Below, piece after piece: positions 12,905-29,652 of a stretch of 64,000 nt of DNA. The position numbers were made by a program, and so were the translations under genes. The stretch is from the human T2T-CHM13v2.0 reference genome, Homo sapiens, in the NCBI RefSeq assembly GCF_009914755.1, contig NC_060928.1; one strand, 5' to 3'. The notes beneath the pieces were generated by a model that ran no database searches, was not told the origin of the DNA, and worked only from the letters and a program-made list of their open reading frames with translations. Position 1 is the stretch's first letter. Each line of letters opens with the position of its first letter.

Positions 12905-13915
12905 TGTATCAGGATCCCAGTAAAGAACAGATGCCACTCTCATACTGAGTAGACGGAGGAGGGTTTAATAGACTATTCACATGAGATGGGCGAGTTGTAG
13001 GGGAGCCACTGGAGACTGTTCCTACCCTGTATTAGTCAGGTTCTCCAGACGGACAGAACCAATGGGATATATGAATATACGAAAGGGAGTTTATTAGGGA
13101 GCATTGGCTCACACGATTACAAGGTCAAGTCCCACGAAAGGCCACCTGAAAGCTGGGGAAACAGAAGCCGGTAGTGGCTCAGTCCAAGTCCAAAAGCCTC
13201 AACACCAGGGAAGCCAACAGTGCAGCCTTCAGTCTGCAGCTGAAGGCCCGAGAGCCCCCACCGTGAAGCAGCTGCTGCAACTCCCAGATTCCAAAGGCCA
13301 GAGAACCTGAAGCCTGATGTCCAAGAGCAGGAGGAGCAGAAGCAAGCTTTTATGTGGGAAGGAGAAAGAGAGCCAGAGACCTCAGCAAGCGAAGCTCCTC
13401 CAGCTTTTTCTGCATGCTTTATTCCAGCCATGCTGGCTGCCAATTGGATGGTGCCCACCCACATCGATTGTGGGTCTTCCTCTCCCAGTCCACCGACTCA
13501 CGTGTCAATCTCTTCTGGCAACACCCTCAGAGGCACACCCAGAAACAAGACTTTACCAGCTATCTAGACATCCCTCAGTACAGCCCAGTTGACACCTAAT
13601 ATTAACCATCACACACCCCTGGGGCTGAAAGGGCAAGGAGAGTGTGCGGGTGGGAGACTTTGGAGGGATAGCTGTGTAAAGAGGTTGGGCCTTCAGTAGA
13701 AGGACTCAGCCATCCCGCAGCAACCCGGGGAGGAAGCTGAGTGAGGGACCCTGACCTCACACCAACATCCCTCCCACCTCCTACAGTGCTCCCTATAGGC
13801 TGAACCTAACTGGAAGGCAGGGGCTGTGGAGTCCATTGAGGCACCCTTCCTAGCCAGCCTCCTGGGGTACAGAGCAAGCTAGGGAAGGTGGAGAATGGAT
13901 ATGAAAAGGTACGTG
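12905..13915 (-). mobile_element. ERVL LTR (LTR33-like), split by MLT2A
   Basis: TCAGGATCCCAG...ACAGATGCCACTCTCA...GTTTAATAGACTATT, resuming after 13613 with CCCCTGGGGCTGAAAGGGCAAGG. Confidence 0.65.
13028..13613 (-). mobile_element. MLT2A-type solo LTR (HERV-L)
   Basis: TGTATTAGTCAGGTTCTCCAGACGGACAGAACCAATGGGATATATG...TATTAACCATCACA; 5-bp TSD TACCC/CACCC. Confidence 0.85.
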
Positions 13916-14614
13916 GGAGGGGGGGCTCTTAAATGAGCCTGAGGAAAATCAAATGGGAGGTGGAGTCTTCAAGTTCCACAGTGTGCTCACTGCTTAAGGC
14001 ACTGCAGGGGGTTCTGATGGTGGAGTCCAAATGTGTGGTCATGTGGGCTGAAATGAGAAAGCATGGAAGTGTCGTGAAACGCAGGGATGAAACTGACAAG
14101 GTGGGGCATGGGTGGGGCCAGGGAGGTCAGCTTGGGCGTTGCCCCTTTAATCTTTATCAATGACCTATAAGATACAAACACCTTGTTGAAATTGACCAAG
14201 GTCACCTAATGACAAGGTGTTACAAACTGGCAAAGAAGAATGAATGAAAGACTTGCTAGTGACAAATGCTCCTGGATTTAAAGGCAGGATCTGGCCAAAG
14301 GAGAGTTAGCAATCGAGGGCAGCGTGATTCAAAGCACACACATCCACTAGGAGGTAGAAAACAGGAAGGGCCAGATGTGAGCAACCTTGGCTAAGTTAGA
14401 GTGAAACAGTTCACAGGAAATGCCAACTTGCTGGGGACTTTTGGTGGAAGGAAAAATCCATGCTGGATGATTCATTTACAGCATATACATATTTGGCAAC
14501 CATGAGTTCAACAACCAAAATTATTTAATTAACCAGAAACTTGCACAGTCCAAAATCCAAGACGAGCTGTGTGTGCTAGTGGAAGCCTCTTGCAAAACCT
14601 ACATTAAAATATTA

Positions 14615-14930
<316 letters not shown>

Positions 14931-14959
14931 TAAATGTTGCGGAATAAAAATAAAAGTTG

Positions 14960-15420
14960 TTTCAAATTTTTAACATACCCTTTGATGCAGAATTCTACTT
15001 CAAGGAATTTATGCTAAAGAAATAATGAGGACAATTCTTAGAGCTGTAGGAAATAGGATTTTCATTGTAGAGTTTGTTATAATGGCTTCAAATTAGAAAT
15101 AACCTCTCTGCTCAATGGTAGGGGATTGTTAGAGATATTTTGCTAAATATAAAAATAAATGTTAGAGATGAATTTTAACATCATTGGAATATGTCCAATA
15201 TGTGGTTTAAGGCAGAAGAAAGAGACTCTACAACACTATGATCCCATTTTGGTTACACACACACTTACATACAGAAAGACTGGCAAGATTGCTGTGAAAT
15301 GATTAAAAGTGATCCACTGTGTAATGTAGCACTAAAAGTAATTTCAATTTTTTTCTCATCCAAATTCCCTACATTTCTACAGTGGAGGTGTATTACTTTA
15401 TGGTATGAAAACAATTTTTT
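14960..15420 (+). mobile_element. Old L1 (L1ME-like) 3' fragment
   Basis: CATACCCTTTGATGCAGAATTCTACTTCAAGGAATTTAT...AATTAGAAATAACCT...GGGGATTGTTA. Confidence 0.6.
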
Positions 15421-15670
15421 TTTAACCCACAGAGAGTACTTTCTTGTCTCTCCTGCAGAATGTTAGCTCTCTAGTGTTTATATCCGAATCAGTGAGGTGA
15501 GATAGAGACAGATGTGAAGAGGTGCTTAGCGGGGGTTGGATTGAAGGAGCACAACAGAGGTCATGGTGCATTCTGTGGCAACATAGAAGAGTGTGTCTGA
15601 AGACCAGTGGAAGGTAGTGAATTTCTGAACCTCAAGGAGAAAGGTCATCTGCTTTATACACTATTTATTA

Positions 15671-16189
<519 letters not shown>

Positions 16190-16549
16190 CTAATAACAGG
16201 TATGAAGCAATCACTTGGTAAACATCTAAATTTCTAATAAAAGAGGATTTTTAAAAAGTAACTTTTAGAAGACTCAACAGAGGAAATCCTGGACATTGTT
16301 ACTGCATTACCTCCAAAATGAGGTTATAGAGGAACCTCAGCCTTTGCAGGAGGCTCTTTTGCAGGTGGCTTCTCAGGTTTGCAGAATACAATTTGTAAAC
16401 AACTGAGATCTTCTGAGTTCTAAAATGGTTTGATTTCATGGATCTAGGATTCCTTATTCCCCTAGTAATCCTAATTTAACAGAAATTATAGGAATGGGAT
16501 ATAATTTGCATTCCAAGATTTCAGGAAGAAATGTTTTGTTCCCTCTATT

Positions 16550-16830
16550 TATAGACATTTATTTAGCATCTATTCTATGCCAGGCATTGTGCTTGGTGGT
16601 GAAGAGAACAAGATGAAGAAGACAGTCTTCACATTCAAGTGGAGGAAACAGACTTGAAACAGATCATCATAATAGAATGAGACAAGTTTCATAATAAAGG
16701 CTCATACAAAGTAATAAGTAACACAGAGGAACAGAAGAACCTTGAGGGTAAAGTATGACTTAAGAAGAAGGATATTTAAACAGAGCCTTGAAGGACAGGC
16801 GAACTTTTAGTGGTCAAGGAAAAGAATACG
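16550..16830 (-). mobile_element. L2 3' fragment
   Basis: CATTTATTTAGCATCTATTCTATGCCAGGCATTGTGCT... Confidence 0.7.
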
Positions 16831-17388
16831 TGTGTGTGAGTGAGTGAGTGTGCACACGTGTGTGAAGGACAATGAACTTCTTGCCAGGACTGAGCAAGGC
16901 ATGACAATTTTTTGCGTATCTTCTTTGGTAAAGTGTCAAGTCTTTTGCTGACTTTTTATTGGTTTGTTTACTTTATTATAATTTAGAATTCTTTTGATAT
17001 TCAAAGGATTAAAAGGATATACGAAGGATTCAAGTCCTTTGTCAGACACATGTATTACAAAAATTTTCTTCCCAACTTTGGTCTGCCTTTTCATTAATGA
17101 TGAAAGGAGCAAAGTTTTTAATTTTGATAAAGTCCAATTTATAAATGTCTTTCCCCATGGTTCATAGTTTTTGTGTCTTGCCTAATAAATGTTTGTCTAC
17201 ATCAGGATTGCAGATTTTGTCCTACTTTTTCTAGAAGTTTTATATTTCTAGCATCTATTAGCATCTCTAGTTAATTTTGGTGTATAGTATGGGGTACAGG
17301 TTCATTTTTTTCCCATATGGCTGTCCAGCTGTTCTGACACTACGTGTTTAAAATACTATCCTTTCCACCATAGAAAATCAAATGTTTA

Positions 17389-17687
<299 letters not shown>

Positions 17688-18159
17688 TCAATGTTTAAAA
17701 TCAATCAACCATATCTGTGTGGGTCTATTTATGGAAGCCCTATCCTGCTGCATTGATCCGCATGCCTATTCTTATGCCAATACCAGGTTCTCTTGATTAC
17801 TGATTTTAAGTCTTGAAATCTTATACTGTAAGTCTCTGATGTTGCTCTTCTTTTAAAAAATTGTCTTGGCCATCTTAGATCTCTTGTATTTTACTTCCAT
17901 ATAAGTGTCATAATTGGCTTGTTAATTCCTAAAAAATGGCTACCTGGACATTGATATTTTGTTGAATGTGTAGATCAGTTTGGGTAACTGACAACACTAT
18001 TGAGTCTTCCAATTCATGAGCATGCTATGTTTTACATTTGTCCAGTTTCTCCTTGACTTTTGTCAGTAAATGTTTGTAGTTCTCATTGTACCAGTCTTGC
18101 ACATATTTTGTTAAAATTATTTCAAAATATATCATGTTTTTGGTGATATTGTAAGTTGA

Positions 18160-18585
<426 letters not shown>

Positions 18586-18765
18586 TAAACAATAGACTCC
18601 TTAGGAGTTTTTAGAAACATGGTCATGTTATCTGCAAATAAAGAAAATTTTACTTTCTTCCTTTCCATTCTTGATGTATTTTATTTTATTTTGGCCTTAT
18701 TAAACTGGTTAGTGTAATTCCTGATCTTAAAAGGAAAGCATTTAAACTTAAAGAGTGTCTAACAT

Positions 18766-19098
<333 letters not shown>

Positions 19099-20325
19099 TT
19101 ACATGGGGCTCCAAGAATGTCAACCATGTCCCCCTTCTTCATGGCTGACTTTGAACCAGGCCATTGTCATTTCTCCACTAAACTTTCCCTATAGCTTCCT
19201 ACCTTTTCTCCCTACTTCACTCCACCCCCAGCCCTAGCTCCACTCCCAAGTCTATTCTCCATTCAGCAGCCACATTATCCTTTTAAGACACAAGTCAAAC
19301 ATCACCATAAGGACTCCTCCTCTTTTTCCCCCATCAGCCTCACTTTGTCTCCTTGGCTGAATCCCTCCACACCCCTATTTTAATGCCGTGTCTTGACTCA
19401 CCTTCCCAGGGCGTGACATGCCTGCTCACGAATACTAGATTCATGGATCTTGATCTTCCTCTCTTAGCTCCTTCTGAACTAAACTCAACGAATTAAACTC
19501 AATTTGCACAGTAAAGTTGCTGAAAGGAGCTCTTAGAACCTCAGAATGTCTGGATCTTGGTGACCATGTGTAGAGAAGTCTAGGAAGGCTGGTAGGTTTG
19601 CCAAGTCTAGGAAGACAGACATTCCCTAGGGCTTTGCTCTGAAAACCCTGAGTAATATGAGTGTCTCCTAAGGTGAGCGATAATGACTTTTTACCTTTCT
19701 TGCAGGTCCTTAATTAGGGACTCCATAACAGACGCATCGTGTTAAATGGGACAGGAATTCCATTAGAGGAGAGAATGAGTAGGAAACTCCTTGGCCAGGA
19801 CACAATGTTCAATCAGTTTTATGTTTGCAATAATGTCTTTGCCCCTGAAGACTGTATCCATCATCCAGTAGCTTTTGGTGAAAAACATCTTAAATAAACA
19901 GGAAGGCCTTGTCCTCCCCAGGCATCATCAATCACTCTGGCAGTCAATCAATCAGCAAAAGCTTTCTGGGGACCTATCACTCCCTGGCATTGTGGAAAGT
20001 GCTTTCACATGCCTTATCTTTTTTATTATCCTCAGGTGGGTAGGACAGATGTCACCCTCTTTCAGGCAGGAATCTGAGAGGCTGAGTGGCATGAGATCAC
20101 ATGGCTTGCCAAGGACAGACTTGGGGCTGGAACCCAGTTTCCTGATCATCTCTGCACCCAGGTGGAGTCCCAGTGCACCATGCTCTCCGCCATCAGAGGC
20201 TCTTTTTCTTTAAAAACAATGACTTGTGCTTTGAGGTCGCTGTAGATACCATCTTAAAGAGACTCTCTCACTCAACACATAATCAACTACAGCAGGAAAA
20301 GCCTGGGGCGGCCACCACCTACTGC

Positions 20326-20372
20326 AGAGAGAGACACACACAGAGAGAGAGAGAGAGAGACAGAGAGAGAGG
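20326..20372. repeat. (GA)n/(CA)n microsatellite
   Basis: Direct reading. Confidence 0.9.
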
Positions 20373-20650
20373 ACGGGAAGTAGGAAGTGGGGGGCTCACC
20401 AGCAGCTATGGAAGAGAAATAAAGGGAGACCATCTCTAGGGCTTGTCAGCTTTCAGGCAGCTGTATTCTTCCCAGCTCCTTTCTAATCAGTACGTCCTCT
20501 TCTAAAGGGTGGTTCCCACCACTCCTCCCGCTCTGCCTCTCTTAGGGAGCCCTTTAAAGCAGACGCTTAAGCTAAATAAACACACAAGTGAAACAAGCCA
20601 GGGCTGTGGCTGTGAAGGATGTAGCCAGTGAGCTCAGTGGACTTGGGCAA

Positions 20651-21098
20651 GTGTGTGTGTTTGTGTGTGTGTGTGCTGTGTGTGTGTTTGTGTGTGTATG
20701 GTGTGTGTGGTGTGTGTTTGTGGTGCGTGTGTGGTGTGTGTGCATGTGTTTGTGTGTGTGGTGTGTGTGGTGTGTGTGTGTGTGGTGTGTGTGTGGGGTA
20801 TGTGTGTGGGGTGTGTGTTTGTGTGTGTGGTGTGTGTTTGTGTGTATGGTGTGTGTTTATGTGTGTGGTGTGTGTTTGTGTGGTGTGTGTGAGTGGAGTG
20901 TGTGTGTGGTGTGTTTGTGTTTGTGTGTTTGTGGTGTGTGTGTGGTGTGTGTTTGTGTGGTGTATGCTTATGTGTGTGGTGTGTGTGGTGTGTGTTTGTG
21001 TGGTGTGTGTGTGTGTTTGTGTGGTGTGTGTTTATGTGTGTGGTGTGTGTGGGGTGTGTGTTTGTGTGGGGTGTGTGTGTGGTGTGTTTGTATGTGTG
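20651..21098. repeat. ~450-bp imperfect (TG)n repeat with GTGTGTG/GTGTTT variants
   Basis: Direct reading; source of the spurious V/C- and T/H-rich ORFs. Confidence 0.95.
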
Positions 21099-21318
21099 CG
21101 CGCCAATATGAGGGGAAGGGTAGTGGGGACTCCTGGGCCCCCAGCCCTTTGCCCCTCTCTCCTGTGTTCTATTCCCTGGGCCTCTTTGTTTCTTGTGTCT
21201 TTCAAGCACCCATCACATGCCTTGATAGGTCACTGCTGCTCACCTTCATCCTGCTGTGTTTCCATTTGTGTCTGCCTTCCAGCCCTCCTGCCCTCCTGCC
21301 CTCCCTTCCTCCACTTCT

Positions 21319-21619
<301 letters not shown>

Positions 21620-21689
21620 CCCCTCCTCCTTCCCTTGCTTCCACTTTCAGTTGGGTAGATCTTTCTGTGATCTTAGAAAACACGTGTTT

Positions 21690-21890
21690 AGCTGATGGAC
21701 AGTAGGAAGAGTGTGGGCCACGGAGCCTGAATTTGAGCCTCTCAGAGCTCAGTTCCTCATGTATAAAATGGGGTTGACTATCGTACTACGTTAAAAGCTG
21801 TTGGGAAGATTAAATAAATAGCACGCGTTGGATGCATGGAACAGTGTCCGACTCCCTCAGGACTCCGTATGGTTGAACATTCGCACAATT
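21690..21890 (+). mobile_element. MIR
   Basis: CTCAGTTCCTCATGTATAAAATGGGG...GGGAAGATTAAATAAATA. Confidence 0.65.
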
Positions 21891-22421
21891 GCAGGATTCC
21901 CCATTAGCAAGGCACCAGAGGCAAGCAGGTGTGGGTCCTGCTTTGATCCCTGGATTCCTAGACCCCTAAAGCTCAGGCTTTATCACAGTATACAAATGCC
22001 ATTTTCTGTTTGGTCCTTTTTTTTGCTTATCTTACTCTAGAACTGTTGGACCACATAAATAATTTACCGAATAGGGGACAGAGGAGACACCTAGAAAGAT
22101 TTGGGACCTACACTTGGGACAAGGCAACTCAAAAGGAGATGAGAGTACTGTATCTGGCTTCTGTGAAAACTTTGTGATGGGCAAATTAATTTTTCTTGGT
22201 CTCAGTTTCTTAAACAATAACATAGGGATCATTAAATGCTTCACGGGGTTTTGTAAGGGTCAATGAGCTGATGTCTGTAAAAGAGCTTTAAAACTCTAAA
22301 GCCGGACAGGTTGGGATTGAGCGGCTAAGGCTACCCTCTCTAACCCAAGGAAAGAGCCTTGGGGAAAATCATAGACAATTAGAGCTGGACTAATCTTGAG
22401 GTTATGATCCGAGTGAGGTAC

Positions 22422-22748
22422 TGCCACAGTCTGAATGTGTTCCCCCAAAATTCATGTGTTGAAATCCTAACCCCCAAGGTGATAGTATTGAGGTCATAAG
22501 GGCAGAACCTTCACGAATGGGGTTAGTGTCCTTATAAAAGAGACCTCAGAGAGCAACCTCACCCCTCCTACCAGGTACAGAAAGCACCATCTATGAACCA
22601 GAAATTTCTCTCCCACCAGACACCAAATCTTCCAGCACCTCGATCTTGCACTTCCCAGTCCCCAGAACTGTGATGAATAAATTTCTGTGACTTATAAGCT
22701 ACCCAGTCTATGGTATTTTTGCTACAGCAGCCTGAATGGACTAAGACC
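22422..22748 (+). mobile_element. MaLR solo LTR (MLT1A0-like)
   Basis: TGCCACAGTCTGAATGTGTTCCCCCAAAATTCATGTG...GCAGCCTGAATGGACTAAGAC; 5-bp TSD GGTAC/GGCAC. Confidence 0.85.
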
Positions 22749-22899
22749 GGCACTTTACAGCTGAGAAAACATGATGGAAAGAGGAGGTGACCTGCCTGCA
22801 GCCACACAGCTGTTCAGTGAGAGTCAGGACCCGGGTTCCAGTGTGTGCTTCTTTACCTATGACACAGAGAAGGGCACAAAGGGAGAAGAGATCCCAGTA

Positions 22900-23251
22900 C
22901 AGGAAGCCCCCGACTTAAAATACTTCCACTCACAATTTTTCTACTTTACAATGGTGTGAAAATGACCTGCATTCAGTAGAAACTCTGAGTACCCATACAA
23001 CCATTCTGTTTTTCACTTTCAGTACAGTATTAAAATGAATTCCATGGGATATTTAATACTTTATTATAAAATAGGCTTTGTGTTAGATGATTTTGCCCAA
23101 CTGTAGGCTAATGTAAGTGTTCTGAGCACCTTTAAGGCAGGGTAGGCTATTCAGTAGGTTAGGTGTGCCAAATTCATTTTCGCCTTATGATATTTTTAAC
23201 TTCTGATAGGTTTACTGGGGTGTAACCTCTTTGGAGGTTTAGGAGTATCTG
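22900..23251 (-). mobile_element. MER47A-like (Tigger5-derived) non-autonomous DNA transposon
   Basis: AAATAGGCTTTGTGTTAGATGATTTTGCCCAACTGTAGGCTAATGTAAGTGTTCTGAGCAC internal motif; CAG...CTG termini with TA TSDs at 22898 and 23252. Confidence 0.85.
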
Positions 23252-23372
23252 TACAATCCCACTGATAGATTTCCTGTGGACAGCTCTCAAGGAACCCATT
23301 TAGATATTTCAAAAGTGGAAAGCAGAGTTTGAATTCTAGCCCTGCCTACATGCTTTAAAAATAAACAAACAG

Positions 23373-23667
23373 GGCCAGGCTCATACCTGTAATCCCAGCA
23401 TTTTGGGAGGCCAAGGTGGACAGATGGCCAGAGCCCAGGAGTTCAAGACCAGCCTGGCCAACGTGGTGAAACCCCGTCTCTACTAAAAATACAAAAATTA
23501 GGTGGGCACAGTGGTGCATGCCTGTAATCCCAGCTACTCAGGAGGCTGAGGCAGGAGGATCACTTAAGGCCAGAAGGCTGAGGCTGCAGTGAGCCAATCT
23601 GTGCCACTGTACTCCAGCCTGGACGACAGAGTGAGACCCTGTCTCAAACAAGACAAACGAACAAACA
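23373..23667 (+). mobile_element. Alu (old, J/S-like)
   Basis: Dimer with small 5' deletion; AACAAACAG on both flanks. Confidence 0.9.
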
Positions 23668-24111
23668 GTTCTGTTAGTTTTGACAAGTGCATACAGTCAG
23701 GGTAACCACCACAATTGATATAAAAGACATTTCCATTACTCCAAATTCTCTCATGTTCCATTTGCCATCAACTCTTCCTCCAAACCCCCGGTAACTGCTG
23801 ATCTGTTTTTATCCCTATATCATTTGCCTTTTCAGATGGACATATAAATGGAGAATATAAGTGGTACACATAGACATATAAATGGACATATAAATGGTAC
23901 ATAGTCTGTACCTTTTGAGTCTGGGGTTAGTCACTTATCATAATGTATTTGAAATGCATTTAACCATCTTGTTGAATGTCCCAGTAGTTGGTTTCTTTTC
24001 ATTGGTGTATACTTTTCCATTTCATGAATGTATCACAATTTGTTTAACCATACACCAGTTAATGAACCTTTGGGCTCTTTCAAGTTTTTGACGATTAAAA
24101 ATAAAGCTGCT

Positions 24112-24424
24112 GGGCTGGTCGTGGTGGTTTACTCCTGTAATCCTAGCACTTTGGGAGGCCAAGGTGGGCAGATCACGAGGTCAGGAGATCGAGACCATCC
24201 TGCCTAACACGGTGAAACCCCGTCTCTACTAAAAATACAAAAAATTAGCTGGGTGTGGTGGTGGGCGCCTGTAGTCCCAGCTACTCGGGAGGCTGAGGCA
24301 GGAGAATGGCATGAATCCAGGAGGCGGAGCTTGCAGTCAGCCAAGATCACACCACTGGACTCCAGCCTGGGCGACAGAGCGAGACTCCGTCTCAAATAAA
24401 TAAATAAATACATAAATAAATAAA
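24112..24424 (+). mobile_element. Alu (AluY/Sc-like)
   Basis: GATCACGAGGTCAGGAGATCGAGACCATCC diagnostic; (TAAA)n tail; TSD AAATAAAGCTGCT. Confidence 0.95.
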
Positions 24425-25416
24425 GCTGCTATAAATATTCACATACATACATGTACTTTGTTTTCTCTGGGATGAATACCTAGGAGTAAAATTCCTGGAT
24501 CATATGCCAAGTATATAGAAAATAACTTTATAAGGAACTGCCAAACTGTTTTCCTAAACACTGTCCCGTTTTGCATTTCTGACAGTAATGTTTCAAAGTT
24601 GCACTTGCTCAGCATCCTCACCAGCACTTGGTATTGCCAGTTATTTTATTTTTCCATTTTATTGGATATGAAGTAGTATCTCATCGTGGTTTTATTTTGC
24701 ATGTCCTCATCACTGATGACATGAAACATGTTTTCATGTGCTTATTTGCCATTTGTATGTCTTTCTTGGTAAAGTGACATACATTCAGTTCAAAGCATCT
24801 GTTCACTTATTAAAATTGGGTTTTGTTTTCTTATTACTGAGTTTTGAAAATTATTTAGATATTATGGATATAAATCCTTAATTACATTACACTTTGCAAA
24901 TATTTTTGTCCTAATCTGTAATGTGTCTTTTCATTCTCTTAGCAATGTCCTGGGAAGAGCTGAAGTTTTTAAAATTAGATAAAGCCCAATTTATCAATTT
25001 TTTTCATTTATGGATTATGCTTTTGTGTTTTATTTAAGAAATCTTTGCCTTAGCTAAAGTCACAAAGATTTTTCTTTTATAATTTCATAGTAAGAGGTTT
25101 TATATTTGGGTTTCTGATCAATTTTGAGTTCCTTTTTTTATATCATGCAAGATATGAATTGAACTTTTTTTTTGCCTAAATAAAATTTGCATTTGATAAA
25201 GACCCCATCCTTCCTCAACTGAATTACTTTTGCATATCTGTCAAAATCAGTCATTCTATAGATTCGCCTACTTCTGGATTCTCTATTGCTGTTATAATGA
25301 TCTATTTATCTACTTTGATGCCAATACCACACTGCCTTGATTACTGTAGTTTTATAATAAACCATGAAATCAAGTGATGTTAGCCCTACAGTTTTGTCTT
25401 TTTAAAAGTTGTTTTG

Positions 25417-26023
<607 letters not shown>

Positions 26024-27929
26024 TTAAAGTTGTTTTGGTTATTCCGGGTTCTTTGCAATTCAACATGAATTTTAGGATCAGCTTATCAATTTCTACAAAA
26101 ACCCTGCTGGCATTTTGACTGGGATTATGGTGAATTTAAAGATCAATTTGGGCAGAACTGGCATTTTAACAATATTTTGACCCATGAACACAGTGTTGGT
26201 TTCTACTTATTTATGCCTTCTTTAATTTATTTCAACAATATTTTGTAATTTTCAGCATTTGTCTTGCACAGATTTTGTCAGGGTGATTTCTAAGTATTTC
26301 ATATATTTGATACTATTGTAAATGATAATTTAAAAAAATTTCAATCTTGTATTGTTTATTGCTAATATATAAAAATGTAATTTCTGAATATTGGATGTTG
26401 TATCCTGAAACCTTGCTAAACTCACTTATTAATTTTAGTACTTATTAGGGTTCCCTCAGATTTTCTACATAGATGATCATGTTGTTCATGAATAAAGACA
26501 GTACACTTTTTCCTTTCTAATTTGGATGCTTTTTATTTTCCTTGCCCTACTTCACTGGCTTGAACCTCAGTAGAATGCTGAAGAGAAGTGCGAGTGGACA
26601 TCTTCATTTTGTTACTAATTTAAGGAGAAAACATTCTATCTTTTGCCATTACATATGATGTTAGCTGCAGGATTTTTGTGGTTGCTTTTTGTCAAATCAA
26701 GTTTTCTTGTTTCTGAGGGTTTTCGTAAGGAGTGGGTGTTGGAGACAATCAAGTACTTTTTCTTCATCTATTGAAATGCTCACATAGTTTTTCTTTTTTC
26801 TTTTATTCTAATGTTAAACCAACCTTGCCTTCCCAAGATAAACTCCACAAGATTGTGACGTTTTTATGTTGTTGATCTTGATTTGCTAAAAGTTTTTGTA
26901 AAATTTCTGTATCCATCTTCATGAGGAATTTGGTCTATAGTTTTCTTTTCTTAAAATATATTTTTCTGGTTTTGGTATCAGAGTAATGCTGATCTCATAG
27001 AATGAGCTTGGAAGTATTTCTCCACTTCAGTTTCAGTGTTCTGGAGGAGATTGTCTAGAATTAGCATTATTTATTCCTTAAATGTTTTGTAGAACTCCAG
27101 TGAAGCCATATGAACTGGGGTTTTCTTTGTGGGAAGGTTTTTAACCATGAATTCAGTTTTATAAATAGATATAGGACCATTGAGGTTACCTATGTTTCAT
27201 TTGGTGAATTTTGTGTCCTTTAAGGAATTGGTCCATTTTATCTAAGTTATCAGATTCACTAGTATAAAGTTGTTCATAACATTCTCTTACTTTTCTTGTA
27301 ATGTCTGTAGGACCTGTAGTGATATCTCCTCTCTTATGCCTGGTATTGCTAATTTGTGTGTTTTCTATTTTTCTTGATTGGTCTGACTAGACGTTTATTA
27401 ATTTCATTGATTTTTACAAAGAAACAGCTTTTGTTTTATTAATTTTTCTGTTGTTTCTGTTTTCAATTTTATTTCTGATATTGTTTCCTTGTTTCTGCTT
27501 GCTTTGGGTTTAATTATTTGCTCTTCTTTTTCTAGCTTCTTAAAGTGAAAGCTTAGATGACTTATTTGAAGACTTTATTTATAATACAAGTATTTAATCC
27601 TATAATTTTCCCTCAGATTTCTGCTTTGGCTGCATCCTACAATTTTTTTATGTTTTGTTTTTTATTTTTATTCAATTTAAAATATTTCCTAATTCCCCTT
27701 GTGAAATCCTCCCTGACCCATGAGTTATTTATAAGTGTGTTGTTTAATTTCTAAGTATTTGGGGATTTTCCCAGTTTATTTTTTGATATTGATTTCTAAT
27801 TTAATTCCACTGTGTTTTGAAAATGTTCTTTGCATGATTTTGATTTTTAAATATTTGTGGAAATGTGTTTTATGCCAGAACATTTTTTACCTTGGTGAAT
27901 GTTTCACGTATACTTAAAAGGAATGTGTA

Positions 27930-28210
27930 GGCCAGGTGTAGTGGCTCATTCCTGTAATCCCCGCATTTTGGGAGGCCGAGGCAGGTGGATTGCCTGAGGT
28001 CAGGAGTTTGAGACCAGCCTGGCCAATGTGGTGAAACCCTGTCTCTACTAAAAACACAAAAATTAGCTGGGTATGGTAGCATGTGCCCTGTAATCCCAGC
28101 TTCTTGGGAGGCTGAGGCAGGAGAATCGCTTGAGAGGTTGGCAGAGGTTGCAGTGAGCCGAGATCGCACCATTGCACTCTAGCCTGGATGACAAGAGCGA
28201 AACCCGTCTC

Positions 28211-28243
<33 letters not shown>

Positions 28244-28249
28244 AAAAAG
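27930..28249 (+). mobile_element. Alu (S-type)
   Basis: Full dimer; TSD AAAAGGAATGTGTA / AAAAGAATGTGTA. Confidence 0.95.
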
Positions 28250-29240
28250 AATGTGTATTCTGCCATTTTGAAGTCATCTATAAATGTCAGTAGGTTCAGT
28301 TGGTTGACAGTGTTCATCTGATCTATAGCTTTACTGATGATCTGTCTGCTTGTTCTATTGATTATTGAGTGAAGAGTGTTGAAATTTGTTTCCCTTCTCT
28401 GTTTTATTAATTTTTGCTTTATGTATTTTGAAGCTCTGTTTTTAGATGCATGCACACTTGGGATTTTTTGTCTCCCTGGTAAATTCATCCTCTTTATGAT
28501 TCTGTGAATGTCCTGTTTTTCCCTGCTCATAATCCTTCCTCTGAAGTCTGTGCTTCATAGAGTTTTGGCAACCCCAAGGCACTAAGATCCAAGTGTGAAG
28601 GGAACTAACAGCAACCTTCCAAAATCTTTCTCTCTGTCTCCATTTTTATGATGTGGCCTCTTCAAGCATTTCCCGGCACCCTAAGTCCTCTGAGGGAGAT
28701 GAGCTAAATAAAGCAGGCTTAATGTTGAGAGATGCCCTTTGGCTCTTAGAGCTAAACTGGTGAGATATTTCAGTAACAGTGGGGCTACAGCCCTGGCTAC
28801 CTGGAGTAAGAGCTGGTGACAGGGATGCTGAGATCTATGGCAGGCAGGGCAGTAAGTTGTACTTGGGCATATAGCGCCCAAGTGTCCTGCAGTTCCCCAA
28901 AGTAGGCTTATATCACAGTCAGCTGCAGACACTCAGGAAGATGAAGGAGGCTGTGCAGTTTACACCCTCAGGCGGAAATCTTCCAGCCTGTAACAAGTGA
29001 CAGGTAGCCCTTAGGGATTTTGGAGGGCTGTGTATAGGGATTTAGGTGTTTGGTGAGTGAGATGGGAGAGAAGGATTTGGACACCCAGTCACGATGGGAG
29101 GAACATCAAGCCAAAGCCATCTATTGCTCTCAATTAGCCCTTTTCTCTCAATATTATTAACTTTGAATTTCTATTATCACATGTGAAACATAATAAGTGT
29201 TCATGAAGGATTTGCTGAATGAATAAATGCCTAACCTTGA

Positions 29241-29586
<346 letters not shown>

Positions 29587-29652
29587 TAGGACTCTTACTT
29601 CATGGCTTATTTAGATTGGTTACTATGGCCATATCCTTTTCTTTGAAGGATA

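Noticed and set aside
19672-19706. Donor AG/GTGAGC followed by acceptor TTTCTTGCAG
   Set aside because: The implied intron of about 35 nt is too short for human splicing.
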